Source: Chitinophaga pinensis
GTDB lineage: Bacteria; Bacteroidota; Bacteroidia; NS11-12g; UBA955
Assembly: GCA_945871905.1 (NCBI GenBank)
Contig: CAMBXL010000002.1
Span: 134,936 to 198,935, forward strand
DNA length: 64,000 nucleotides
Direction: 5' to 3'
Below the pieces are notes generated by a model. The model saw nothing but the letters and a program-made list of their open reading frames with translations. It searched no databases and was not told the DNA's origin. This document shows, in pieces, positions 32,601 to 40,913 of the stretch. The translations under genes and the position numbers were made by a program. Numbering within the stretch: the stretch's first letter is position 1; each line of letters begins with the position of its first letter.

Positions 32601-33864
32601 TTGCTGAGTAAAGCCAACTATTATAGTTCATGTAAATATTTTCACACACTCCAGGCATGCACGAAAACGTTTCCCATCTAATAAATAAAGTATCTCCGGG
32701 TTTCAAATCGGGAGTTTTAATTCTAAAAAAAGTAATTGGATTAGAACCCAAGCAACTGTATGACCCCAGGTTATATCCATATACCAAACTGTCAATAACA
32801 GGCAGAGTCCATGAACCTTTGTGTCCTACTTTTATTTTTAAAGTAGTGGTATCCAAACGACTCATCAACGTGTAATATTGATTGATACTTACTCTGTTTG
32901 CTGAGGCCACCATTGAGCCTATGTTTGTAATTCTCAACTCAGAACTGTGTCTATTGTTGTTGTAACAAGTAGGATATGAAGGAAAGGGAATTGCTTTTAA
33001 ATTGGGGATTTTATTACTTATACTCGCTGAATTAGAGGCTTTTGATATTAAACATGTTTTACCGTTACAACCCCAAGATAGTTCGTAACTTGTAGTTAGG
33101 TTTTTACACCCTTTAATAAGCAATGAATCTATTAATTCGATTGTTTCATTTTGGTCGAGCAAAGAATCATTGTTACCTATTTTAACAAAATGAGAACCAT
33201 TAAATGTGGTGTAAACGGTATCACCTGAAAAATTATTAACGCCATTATTGACCTTATAAATTTGAACATCTTTGCCATTTATTCTTTTTAACTTAAGTTC
33301 CTTTAAGGGACCTTTTCCGAAATTCCCGATAGTGATTTTTCTTCCAAACTTAGAATTAATATCTCCCACAAAGTTTGGATTTGTAATACTAGAATATTGT
33401 GCTGATGGCACATTAACAGCGAAAGGGTTTGAGGAACCGATGTCAAAATTTCCGGTGTAGTTAACCCTTACATTGACGACAGGCACATTGCTTGAGTTTA
33501 AAAATTGCAATAAATCGCAGTTTGAAGTAAGAGTAACTCTTAATTTAATATTTTGCGCAACCCCAATATTGGGCGCAGTGAAAACGGGTTGATTAAGATT
33601 TGTAATATTACTTTCCGAAATTCCAGACCCTACAACAGTTCCAGCTCTGTAAAGCACCCCCGGAGGAAGGTTTAAAACCACATTGACAGAGTTCACAGCA
33701 CTGCCTGTAATGTTAAAAATTTGAACATTAGCGGTATCATTTATTCCGCAAATTGATAGTTTCTTAGGAGGTGAACATTGTATAGAAAGCCTATTGCCCT
33801 GAGCATGTATCAATATTGGAATTAGAAAGATAATAAAACAGAATAACTGGTATATTTTTTTCAA
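26617..33864 (-). CDS. giant (2415 aa) cell-surface protein with many PKD-like repeats and a T9SS type-B (gliding-motility-associated) C-terminal sorting domain
   Basis: Signal peptide; ~10 PKD-like repeats in the C-terminal half (WxFGDG, Y.V.L.V, C.DS motifs); extreme C-terminus FSPNDDAINEVYEP...YYLAVFKVKD matches the type-B CTD consensus (FSPNGDGINDxF). TTG start; TAACTTTG -7 element on the minus strand at 33921-33928. Confidence 0.85.
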   Translation of the reverse strand: MKKIYQLFCFIIFLIPILIHAQGNRLSIQCSPPKKLSICGINDTANVQIFNITGSAVNSVNVVLNLPPGVLYRAGTVVGSGISESNITNLNQPVFTAPNIGVAQNIKLRVTLTSNCDLLQFLNSSNVPVVNVRVNYTGNFDIGSSNPFAVNVPSAQYSSITNPNFVGDINSKFGRKITIGNFGKGPLKELKLKRINGKDVQIYKVNNGVNNFSGDTVYTTFNGSHFVKIGNNDSLLDQNETIELIDSLLIKGCKNLTTSYELSWGCNGKTCLISKASNSASISNKIPNLKAIPFPSYPTCYNNNRHSSELRITNIGSMVASANRVSINQYYTLMSRLDTTTLKIKVGHKGSWTLPVIDSLVYGYNLGSYSCLGSNPITFFRIKTPDLKPGDTLFIRWETFSCMPGVCENIYMNYNSWLYSATYQDQCKNNLQLAAAWGRWYDQHYFASSTFAPSDLINNQVGEFRTLISSASVLRSTSSAVFIVDLILPSGLSHSRQKKDLYFINAELTAQWNPDSIVKKGDTIRSYFPNNIPISLVNAELVYYLKADCSQTGANGNKTIQLQMKYSPDKSCTKREWFYLICQSTQLKLHCYSNCNGGMMFKNFSVQRINFGKPDNNNDGLPDNSGNLDTLKIREERTLFGDTVMATYTGIVKRTSTIATWRHLFAESNIGYGRFLTFLNAEITVYRGGNSRMNCFRNTSVKAISGVNASFKVDLSMDSLGSCLPQNFRYVNNDSVVVKIKFKVTENLGGNAIIQNFSNLFYLSNVANPTSNSNKFQCDTFSGKTILTGYYYTNYGRDNINVNNCNLIGVSNNYYIGIGPCCSNYGGNNYFPYEYRSFSRLKAIRFYTPPGYKYRRSYLNQYRTAGSNKTAVEIKDTIRPINAQSYPLVFDVTKHFKDSGGVFNYSDDAFHGVYAAYLEPTCEIPSTAPQVIKYDFIFEKLNSFGVGFDTIKSAAQDDYIQYNRPVVSIKPLSPTIYAAQDTAEWEVNYTNLSTSFSNLNTWFAPDNSGPVKIIQIKDAVRDTLMPVKNGVFRLGTIGFNNTRRFKIRATYNTCNKDSVILYSGWNCGGYPTDIANFNCQKDRIPLYIEPQNTQFQVGITDSITTADLCGQTPYQYTLENIGSTTAYNTKAIVTLPIGMNIVSRSCYIKYPHKSFKQAISNPTLVSGTTYEWPLSSINNLLSQGFKGVSDTNRNKIIIYFKVQTDCDYSSGNYIRASAKGNIKCGEPIITYPGISNSLNIKGVSRPYFTLVKVLTDSILPCQKSTKVRVRIINLGPDKTGIEDKYQAILIKGMVYDSSLYQSIYNAPNPSLTKFRNINSATEVEMSLKSGIVPGDSMEFNFGFMSNSKDLSCGSQDLYSQAAVKQEVKCVADNSLCNINVITGNNLSKPNVYKGSLMLQSLKSKIQSVNSDSEFLNLQFNIRNVGNNISNANSVVFKYIYDQNNSGTVDPFDFVVYTDTLKSALNRNQSALINQSVRVAAGQSCNLFVVVDSSSCSCNFTFAKFPVPILRNAGPDIQLCSKLNTTIGIDSTKGFKYFWSPNLYLSNETKSKTKFNALNEDTGSLKISYVLTTNRGTCSSKDTMVAVVYSLPKVTMNQRDTSICQNNKVRLSAKAFQGNGALSLLWTPNIGLNNYANNQVIAFNDTSRTYKITVTDNKSCKVSDTVRLTVKSLPVAAFTYVQKCQGEPILLIDSSTISNDVINYNRWTSAPSDTINAAQWLLDLNNQTSASVKLLVSSPFGCKDTLVKTISAFPKPISRFSLSNVCFTDSVSANNLSQIASGTINTIQWITGDGNVLNKPSYRYYYNTADTFVIGLAINSNFNCKDTSYRNVIVHPRPTADFSMNNVCIGDSTQLLQLSQINNDSIVSYRWSINNEWIQTNELKYLFPKDTQFTVKLVVKSTQNCMDSIQKTAWVYPLPVADFKANPVCELINSKIVNLSTITKDSILTYSYLLPDASTYSTRSFTHLFSVGDTFDIQLIVNSVRGCKDTILKPHIVYPKIVPNFTLLDHCYLDSLRIQDNSTYVNTNIAKWQWYFGGDSAKVQNPRYQYKQWILNTPVLLKVTSAENCAYQVQKNVNVYPLPQVDFSDTNRCVDNQFNFTNRSNIDWGNITGYTWRFGNYMIDTNTSPYHRFPAAGDFSVKLTAISNQNCIDSVIKTITSYPPVVVNFESQNVCIENPILFKDSSLTPYAKIIEYKWQMDDGTNYSIKQPIHLYNSAGKYNVKYQIKTDYNCLYDTTKQVEVYPKPSALFSLDKGVGTILDPEISITDLSNGADTLWYDLGDGSKSSLRNLMHLYPDSGLYYIKQYVRTQFNCNDSFVQKLRIKYLFVFNAPTAFSPNDDAINEVYEPVGMGIKNYEMSIFNRWGQLIYQTTEGKGWDGKFQGDFVQDGYYLAVFKVKDFRGINHYLKSSFILLR

Positions 33865-33981
33865 TTCAAATCAATATTTTACTTGTTAGCGACTCTTAAT
33901 TTTTTGTTTTAAGAAGTTCAAAGTTAAAAAATAAACTGAATCAAACAAGAAAAAAATGAAATATAATGCGTTTCAAACACA

Positions 33982-34404
33982 TTAATCTTTCATTCTGAGC
34001 TCAATATCTTTTCCATCGACTCTTTGAATCACCCAACATTCTGAATTTTTCAGTCTAAGAATTTTCCATTCATTTTGTTGAGAGGTCCCTTTGGGAGTAA
34101 AGATAATTTTAGCTTTTTCATCAGAAAATTTCCAAGCACCATTTTCTTGGTAGTTTGTTAGATTAAATGGCCTGTAAGTAAGCGAGTATGAATTATCTTT
34201 TCCTATTACAACTTTATAATCCACATAGGCTCTTTTGTAATCGTCTGTTTTATCAATTCCACTTTCAAAAACCTGGTCGATGACCCAAGTATTTGCGGCT
34301 CTAGATTTTTTGGAAATCAAACTAAAAGAGGGTCCATCTTCATACTGACAAGCATTGAATAAAAATAGACTTAAACTTAAGAAAATTAACGATATAAATT
34401 TCAT
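33982..34404 (-). CDS. small lipoprotein (possibly lipocalin-like beta-barrel), function unknown
   Basis: MKFISLIFLSLSLFLFNAC lipoprotein signal; 140 aa. Confidence 0.45.
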   Translation of the reverse strand: MKFISLIFLSLSLFLFNACQYEDGPSFSLISKKSRAANTWVIDQVFESGIDKTDDYKRAYVDYKVVIGKDNSYSLTYRPFNLTNYQENGAWKFSDEKAKIIFTPKGTSQQNEWKILRLKNSECWVIQRVDGKDIELRMKD

Positions 34405-34470
34405 ATTTTAAAAACAAAGATATTCAAAAAAATTAAAAAACCAATACTTTTGTACCAAATTACACGAAAT

Positions 34471-34974
34471 ATGAATATCAATTTTTTAGCCATTTTTGTG
34501 GCAAGTTTAGTTACATTCCCTATTGGATTTACATGGTATCATCCTAAAGTGATGGGCAGCGCATGGATGAGAGAAATAGGTGCTACACAAGAGAGTATGT
34601 CTAAGGATTTCAACATGACTAAAACCATGATTTTGTCATTTTTATGTTCCTTTTTCATTGCTTTTGTAATCAACTTTATGGTTGTTCACCAATACAGTTT
34701 ATTTTCACTGTTACAAGACATTCCTGAAGCAATGAAACCTGATGCAAAAATTCAATTACTTTTAAATGGCAATGATATAGCTTATGGTTCTAAGTATAGA
34801 ACCTTTGGTCATGGTCTATTTCATGGCTTATTGGCAGGTTTATTTTTTGCAACGCCTGTTGTTGTCCAAAATGCTTTGTATGAAAGAAGAAGGTTTAAAT
34901 ATATAGCAATCCATGCAGGCTATTGGATAATATCAAGCGCATTGATTGGAGGCATTATTTGTGTTTGGGAGTAA
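34471..34974 (+). CDS. DUF1761-like membrane protein
   Basis: MNINFLAIFVASLVTFPIGFTWYHPKVMGSAWMR resembles the DUF1761 N-terminus. Track start 34450 is TTG; ATG at 34471 is preferred with TACTTTTG -7 element at 34445-34452. Confidence 0.55.
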   Translation: MNINFLAIFVASLVTFPIGFTWYHPKVMGSAWMREIGATQESMSKDFNMTKTMILSFLCSFFIAFVINFMVVHQYSLFSLLQDIPEAMKPDAKIQLLLNGNDIAYGSKYRTFGHGLFHGLLAGLFFATPVVVQNALYERRRFKYIAIHAGYWIISSALIGGIICVWE

Positions 34975-34975
34975 A

Positions 34976-35485
34976 TTAATCAATCAAAAACGCTTTCAAT
35001 TCAGCTGCGTCTTCTTTTTTCATTTTACCAGCCATAATCAGTCTCACTTGCCTTCTTCTTAAAGCCCCATCGTACTTAATTTTTTGAGCTTCAGTTTGTG
35101 GTTCTAACGCTGGGACTACAATGGGTTTATTCCTTGAATCTAAAGCAACAAAAGTGTAGTATGCATCATTACATTTGTATTTTTCACCTCTTGGTATATT
35201 TTGAGCATACACTTCGATAAACACCTCCATTGAGGAATTAAAAGAACGCGTTACATAAGCTTCTAAGGTTACTACATCTCCTAATCTGATAGGCTCTTTG
35301 AACGACACGCCATCAACACTAGCTGTCACTACAATACTGTTACTGTGTTTTTGTGCTGCAATGGCTGCCGCAATATCCATCCAATGCAACAATCTACCAC
35401 CCATTAGGTTATTTAGCGTATTGGTATCGTTTGGCAAAACGATTTCATTCATTATAGTGAACGAATCTTCTGGTTTTTTTATCAT
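34976..35485 (-). CDS. acyl-CoA thioesterase (hotdog fold, YciA/BFIT-like)
   Basis: TIMNEIVLPNDTNTLNNLMGGRLLHWMDIAAAIAA matches the acyl-CoA hydrolase family. Confidence 0.8.
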   Translation of the reverse strand: MIKKPEDSFTIMNEIVLPNDTNTLNNLMGGRLLHWMDIAAAIAAQKHSNSIVVTASVDGVSFKEPIRLGDVVTLEAYVTRSFNSSMEVFIEVYAQNIPRGEKYKCNDAYYTFVALDSRNKPIVVPALEPQTEAQKIKYDGALRRRQVRLIMAGKMKKEDAAELKAFLID

Positions 35486-35507
35486 TTTTGTATTTTTTTA
35501 ATTGTTT

Positions 35508-36227
35508 TTATTCCCAAAGCCATTTTTCCTTTGTAATTGGCTTTAAGCCAAATGGTTCTATAGTATTAGTTACAATAAATTCTACTGCCTCATCCACGTC
35601 ATCTGTCAATAAAAACAGATGTTTGTCTTCTTTACTTATGGTTCCTTCTTCAATCATAGTGTCCATGTATGCTATCAAATTTTTGTGATATTCTTTCCCA
35701 AAAATAACCACAGGATACTTTTTAATCATGGTAGTTTGGATTAAAGTAAGCACTTCAAATAGCTCATCTAAAGTTCCAAAACCTCCAGGAACTGCTACAA
35801 GTCCATAAGAATACTTGAGTAACAATACTTTTCTAACAAAGAAATATTTAATATTGGTAAATCTATCTAAATAAGGGTTTGGGCTTTGTTCAAATGGCAA
35901 TACAATATTGCAACCAACCGATCTTCCTCCTACATCTTTAGCACCTCTATTAGCGGCCTCCATTGCGCCAGGCCCACCACCTGTCATAATCGTAAATCCA
36001 GTCCTAGCTATTTTTCCTGCCAATTCTCTTGTTTGTACATAATAAGGATGGTCTTCTTTAAATCGAGCTGAACCGAATATGGTAATACAAGGCCCGACAA
36101 AGTGCAAAACCCTGAAACCTTTTACAAACTCCCAAACAACTTTAATGGTAAATAAAAAATCTTTTAATCTTGACTGAGGTCCTGCTAAGAATTTTATTTC
36201 TTCGGAATTGAATTTATGGTTACTCAT
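35508..36227 (-). CDS. LOG-family protein (TIGR00730 Rossmann fold; cytokinin riboside 5'-monophosphate phosphoribohydrolase-like)
   Basis: GGGPGAMEAANRGA and PGGFGTLDELFEVLTLIQT motifs. Confidence 0.85.
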   Translation of the reverse strand: MSNHKFNSEEIKFLAGPQSRLKDFLFTIKVVWEFVKGFRVLHFVGPCITIFGSARFKEDHPYYVQTRELAGKIARTGFTIMTGGGPGAMEAANRGAKDVGGRSVGCNIVLPFEQSPNPYLDRFTNIKYFFVRKVLLLKYSYGLVAVPGGFGTLDELFEVLTLIQTTMIKKYPVVIFGKEYHKNLIAYMDTMIEEGTISKEDKHLFLLTDDVDEAVEFIVTNTIEPFGLKPITKEKWLWE

Positions 36228-36233
36228 GTTTTA

Positions 36234-36313
36234 TTAATTGTTTAGTTGTTTATTTGTTTAGTTGTTTAAGTGGTTTAAATGGTTGAGGAAGTTTAAATTG
36301 TTTAGTTGTTTAC
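36234..36313. repeat. tandem array of ~10 degenerate 8-bp units (TTGTTTAN) followed by a GC-rich tail (36318-36377); same family and orientation as 8680-8820
   Basis: ttgtttag/ttgtttat/ttgtttag/ttgtttaa/gtggttta/... then cactctaagagttcccttagcggagtcgaaggtaagggaagtgctttcggtgggg. Confidence 0.6.
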
Positions 36314-36388
36314 GGGTATATCACTCTAAGAGTTCCCTTAGCGGAGTCGAAGGTAAGGGAAGTGCTTTCGGTGGGGATTAATGATAAA

Positions 36389-38746
36389 TTACTCGTTTGT
36401 TTCATCTGTTTCGAGGACGGATTCACTAAGTTCGTCTTTTGGATTTAAGCCTTTTTCAAAACTTAGAATTAAGGCAGGCAATACAAATAAATTACTGAAT
36501 AAAGCAACTAATAGAGTGGATGCCGTTAAAAAACCTAATGCAACTGTTCCTTGGAAATTGGAAAAAGTAAAAATGATAAATCCGAAGAACAATACAACAG
36601 AGGTATAAATCATGCTTTGACCCATTTCCTTAACTGTTTTAGACAACACTGAACTAACAGAACCTTTACTTCTCTTAAGTTCGTGCCTAAATTTGGTTAA
36701 AAAGTGAATGGTATCATCTACGGCTATACCAAATGCAATACTGTAAACCAAAATAGTGGATGGTTTTAGTGGAACACCAAAATGCCCCATTAGTCCGCAA
36801 GTAATTACAAGTGGAATAATATTAGGCACCAATGAAACGAAAATCATTTTGAATGAGGTGAACAATAAACCCATCAATAAAGCGATAATAATGAAGGCTA
36901 ATATGACACTTTGAACCAAACTATTTACTAAGTATTTATTCCCTTTTAAGAAAATAATAGACGTCCCCGTTACTTTTACATCATAATCTTCTTCAGGAAA
37001 AATTTCTTTAATTATTTCATTGACATCTTTGTTGATTTCTTCCATTTTTTCTGAACCCACATCACGCATTTGAATACTAATTCTTGCTTTTCTAAAATCT
37101 TTGTCTACCATTGATTTTAGCATATTTTGATTCGATTGATTTTGTGGAATATAAGAAGCAATTTCAGCTAAATCTATGTTGTTAGGCATACGGTAATAGT
37201 TAGGATCACCATCATTGTAGGATTGGTTGGCAAACTTTAAAACTTCAACCACAGAAACAGCTCTTGAAAAATCAGCTTGGTTTTCAAGTTTCTTTTGTAG
37301 TTTATATATTTTCTGTAAAGTAACAGGATTTTTCAGACCATCGGGCTCACGGGTATCAATCACAATTTCGTAGGGCATTACACCTTTAAAATGGTCTTGA
37401 ATAAAAATTAAATCTTGATATAATTTATCTTTGTGAGGGATATCATCAAGCATAAATACCAAAGGTTTTAACTTTAAGAATCCAAAAAATGAAATCACAA
37501 TTAACAAAACTGTAAAATAATAGATTCTTCTTTTTCTATTAAAAACAATATAATGAATCCAATTTATAAATCTTAACACATATTTATTCTCCAAGTGCTT
37601 GGTTTGCTTAGAAGTAGGTGGCTTAAGAATACTGAATAAAATAGGAATAATAGTGAGTGAAATTACAAAAATGGACATTACACTCAAGAACGCAGCAACA
37701 CCAAATTGCTTAAGAGGTAAAGTGTCAGTGAAATAAAACACACCAAAACCAATTGCAGTGGTTAAATTGGTTAAAATAGTAGCCACACCTACTCTCGAAA
37801 TAACCCTTTGTAAAGCTTTAATTTTATTTTGATGCAAACGGTATTCCTCATGGTATTTATTAATGAGATAGATGCTGTTAGGAATCCCTATTACTATCAT
37901 AATTGCAGGCAACAGACCTGTCAACAATGTTATTTTATAGTCGAGCAAACTGATCCAACCCATGCTCCAAATTACTGCCAAAGACACAATAAAAAGTGCA
38001 ACTAGCAAGTTAGAAATACTCCTAAAAAATGCCAAAAAAAGCAAAGCTGTAACAGATAGGGCTAAAAAGGTAAAAAAGCCCAATTCGTCTTTTACTTTTG
38101 TGGAAAGCGTATGCCTAACATAAGGCAGACCACTGTAATGTAACTCAATATTGTTGTTTATGGAAAATTGATTCGCATGGTAAACGATTGAATCTATAAT
38201 TTGTGTTCGGTATTTACTGTCCAATAAATCCTTGTCTAAGCTTACAACGATGATACTTGCATTTGAATCTTGGTTAAAAATCAAATCTTTGTAAAATTTC
38301 ATAGACATCATGATTTCCTTAACACTGTCTATTTCGTGCTGCTTAAGAGGACCCGTAATTAAAGGTGTTAAAACAAAGCGTTTGATAGAATCAACCTTGG
38401 TCAGTTGATATAAGTTTGACAAAGAAAGCACGTCGTAAACCCCTTTAATTTTATCAATTTCAGAAGTTAAGTGATACAAGTCATTAAAAACCTTTTCTTT
38501 AAAAATATCAGGTGACTTTAAACCGATTATCAGCTTGTTTCCATCGTCACCAAACTCCTTTTTAAAATTCTCGTAATCAACAAGTTCAACGTCATTTTTT
38601 GGCACTAACTTTTGCATGTTATAAGCCAATTCAACTTGCGTTGCCTTGTAAGCCATAAATCCTGTCGTAAGGACAATAAATCCAAGAATAAAATATTTAT
38701 TTCTTAGTATAAAATTAGCAATTTTTTCCCACATTATAGTTTGCAA
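36389..38746 (-). CDS. RND-superfamily exporter (MMPL/sterol-sensing-domain-like, two 6-TM bundles)
   Basis: 785 aa with two large periplasmic loops each followed by a 5-6 TM cluster; no AcrB-type motifs recognised; generic 'predicted exporter' architecture. Confidence 0.75.
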   Translation of the reverse strand: MQTIMWEKIANFILRNKYFILGFIVLTTGFMAYKATQVELAYNMQKLVPKNDVELVDYENFKKEFGDDGNKLIIGLKSPDIFKEKVFNDLYHLTSEIDKIKGVYDVLSLSNLYQLTKVDSIKRFVLTPLITGPLKQHEIDSVKEIMMSMKFYKDLIFNQDSNASIIVVSLDKDLLDSKYRTQIIDSIVYHANQFSINNNIELHYSGLPYVRHTLSTKVKDELGFFTFLALSVTALLFLAFFRSISNLLVALFIVSLAVIWSMGWISLLDYKITLLTGLLPAIMIVIGIPNSIYLINKYHEEYRLHQNKIKALQRVISRVGVATILTNLTTAIGFGVFYFTDTLPLKQFGVAAFLSVMSIFVISLTIIPILFSILKPPTSKQTKHLENKYVLRFINWIHYIVFNRKRRIYYFTVLLIVISFFGFLKLKPLVFMLDDIPHKDKLYQDLIFIQDHFKGVMPYEIVIDTREPDGLKNPVTLQKIYKLQKKLENQADFSRAVSVVEVLKFANQSYNDGDPNYYRMPNNIDLAEIASYIPQNQSNQNMLKSMVDKDFRKARISIQMRDVGSEKMEEINKDVNEIIKEIFPEEDYDVKVTGTSIIFLKGNKYLVNSLVQSVILAFIIIALLMGLLFTSFKMIFVSLVPNIIPLVITCGLMGHFGVPLKPSTILVYSIAFGIAVDDTIHFLTKFRHELKRSKGSVSSVLSKTVKEMGQSMIYTSVVLFFGFIIFTFSNFQGTVALGFLTASTLLVALFSNLFVLPALILSFEKGLNPKDELSESVLETDETNE

Positions 38747-38921
38747 AATTAAGTTAAATTTTTAATAAGTACATTACAAATCAGAGTAGTGTCTTTATTA
38801 TAACAATCTATCAAATCAAATTAGGCTATTTACAATATTGACATCACTTTGTATCTAATCCATTAAAAATCTGTTTAAAACTTGATTTTGAAACCTAACT
38901 AAGAGCTATTATTTTCGTGAC

Positions 38922-39581
38922 ATGAAATTTTTTATCGATACAGCTAATTTAAATCAAATCAGAGAAGCAAAAGACCTAGGTATTCTTGATGGTGTAACAA
39001 CCAATCCTTCATTAATGGCCAAAGAGGGGATTGTTGGTGAAGACAATGTTTTTAAACATTACAAAGACATTTGCAATATTGTAGAAAAAGGAGATGTAAG
39101 TGCTGAGGTTATTTCTACAGACTTTGAAGGAATGATAAATGAAGGTAAAAAATTAGCTGCAATTGATTCTAATATTGTTGTAAAAGTACCCATGATTAAA
39201 GACGGTATTAAAGCTATTAGTTGGTTTACTGCTAATGGTATTCGCACTAATTGCACTTTGGTATTTTCTGCAGGTCAGGCAATTTTAGCTGCAAAAGCTG
39301 GCGCAACCTATTTATCTCCATTTATAGGAAGAGTGGATGACATCAGTTGGGATGGTATGGATTTAATTTCTCAAATATCTCATATTTACTCAATGCAGAA
39401 TTACAAAACTCAAATCTTGGCTGCTTCTGTAAGAAATCCATTACACATTGTTAAATCTGCAGAGGCAGGTGCTCATGTAGTAACTTGTCCTTTGGATGCT
39501 ATTTTGGGATTATTAAACCACCCACTAACAGACATTGGTTTGGCGAAATTTTTGGCTGACCACAAAAAAGCGAATCAGTAA
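38922..39581 (+). CDS. fsa: transaldolase type 3B / fructose-6-phosphate aldolase
   Basis: MKFFIDTANLNQIREAKDLGILDGVTTNPSL and Schiff-base lysine region IVVKVP; close to B. subtilis Tal/E. coli FsaA along its whole length. Confidence 0.85.
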   Translation: MKFFIDTANLNQIREAKDLGILDGVTTNPSLMAKEGIVGEDNVFKHYKDICNIVEKGDVSAEVISTDFEGMINEGKKLAAIDSNIVVKVPMIKDGIKAISWFTANGIRTNCTLVFSAGQAILAAKAGATYLSPFIGRVDDISWDGMDLISQISHIYSMQNYKTQILAASVRNPLHIVKSAEAGAHVVTCPLDAILGLLNHPLTDIGLAKFLADHKKANQ

Positions 39582-39611
39582 CTACCTCGTTTTAAAATAA
39601 ATTAAAGTAAT

Positions 39612-40406
39612 ATGAATACAAACTCGCTTAGAAAAGCAATTTTTCATATTATTGACGACCACAAAAGCAAACGTCCTCTTAACAGGTTGTTTCATTTTAT
39701 TTTGTTTAGCTTAATTGTTTTAAGCTCTTTTAATTTATTGCTCGAAACTTTCGATATTATTCAAAAAGACTATACGCATGTCTTATTGTTTTTAGAATTA
39801 GTAACTATCATTTTCTTTACGTTGGAATATGTCTTAAGGCTATATACCTGTATTGAAATAACAACCTATTCACATCCATTAAAGGGGCGACTAAAATATG
39901 CAATTACCCCTTTAATGTTGATTGATATTTTGGCATTATTGCCAATGTATTACTTCTTTCTATCGTCCTATAACAGCTACTTTTATGTATTTGGCATTTT
40001 TAGGGTACTTCGATTGTTCAAAGCCATTCGCTATTTGGACGCCTTTAAGGTAATAGGGCAAGTTTTTTATTTAAAAAGAGAACAATTGCTTATCAGTTTT
40101 ACCATGATTTTTTTCATGTTTATTTTTTACTCATGTTTAATTTTTATTGCAGAAAACAAGGCACAACCTGAGGTTTTTAAAAATATAACTTCGGCCATGT
40201 GGTTCACTATTTCGAGTATTACAACAGTAGGTTATGGCGATGTAATTCCTTTAACCCCGCTTGGTAAAATTATTAGTGGTATTATCGGAATAAGCGGTTG
40301 GTTATTATTTGCTATCCCTACTTCCATATTAACATCAGGGTTTTTGAAGGTAACTATTCAGAAAGACAAGTTAAAATGCCCCAATTGTGGTCATATCCAC
40401 GATTAA
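39612..40406 (+). CDS. voltage-sensor-containing potassium channel (6TM, TTVGYGD selectivity filter)
   Basis: S4-like FRVLRLFKAIRYL (Arg every third residue), pore helix and TTVGYGD filter, C-terminal CPNCGH. Confidence 0.8.
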   Translation: MNTNSLRKAIFHIIDDHKSKRPLNRLFHFILFSLIVLSSFNLLLETFDIIQKDYTHVLLFLELVTIIFFTLEYVLRLYTCIEITTYSHPLKGRLKYAITPLMLIDILALLPMYYFFLSSYNSYFYVFGIFRVLRLFKAIRYLDAFKVIGQVFYLKREQLLISFTMIFFMFIFYSCLIFIAENKAQPEVFKNITSAMWFTISSITTVGYGDVIPLTPLGKIISGIIGISGWLLFAIPTSILTSGFLKVTIQKDKLKCPNCGHIHD

Positions 40407-40418
40407 TTACTGACCTAA

Positions 40419-40913
40419 TTATCTTATTTTCTTACACTTGTCATTAAGAAGGTTTTTCGTAATCAAATAATTCAATTTAGCTTCAGTATTTTGAATACTA
40501 TCTCGATTACCACAATTACACATTTCCAAAAGAGGATCTTTGTCGACAATCATTTCGAATAATTTTTTTAATGATGGCACTTCCTTTAGTTCACTATACT
40601 GTTGATAGGTTAGACTTATAAAAGCCACATTGGGATTTATACCTCTATTATCCAACAAGTACCCATTCTTTAGTATTGTTGGATTGGAATTATAACCTTC
40701 TTTTTTGACATCAGATGGCGCTGGATAAGAGATAATTTCAGACTTGTCATCAGACAATATCACTGCCACTAAATCATTATAATTGTTTTTGGTTTTGTAC
40801 ACAATTGCACTAGGCCCTGGTATAAATTGCGGTTCAAATGACAAAGTTTTATTCTTTTTAGATTGGCAAGCCCAAAATATGACAGAAATTAAGACTATTG
40901 AAAAAATTCTCAT
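40419..40913 (-). CDS. lipoprotein translationally coupled to the C10 peptidase; candidate cognate protease inhibitor
   Basis: MRIFSIVLISVIFWAC lipoprotein signal; ATG overlaps the peptidase stop (ATGA). The inhibitor role is inference only. Confidence 0.5.
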   Translation of the reverse strand: MRIFSIVLISVIFWACQSKKNKTLSFEPQFIPGPSAIVYKTKNNYNDLVAVILSDDKSEIISYPAPSDVKKEGYNSNPTILKNGYLLDNRGINPNVAFISLTYQQYSELKEVPSLKKLFEMIVDKDPLLEMCNCGNRDSIQNTEAKLNYLITKNLLNDKCKKIR

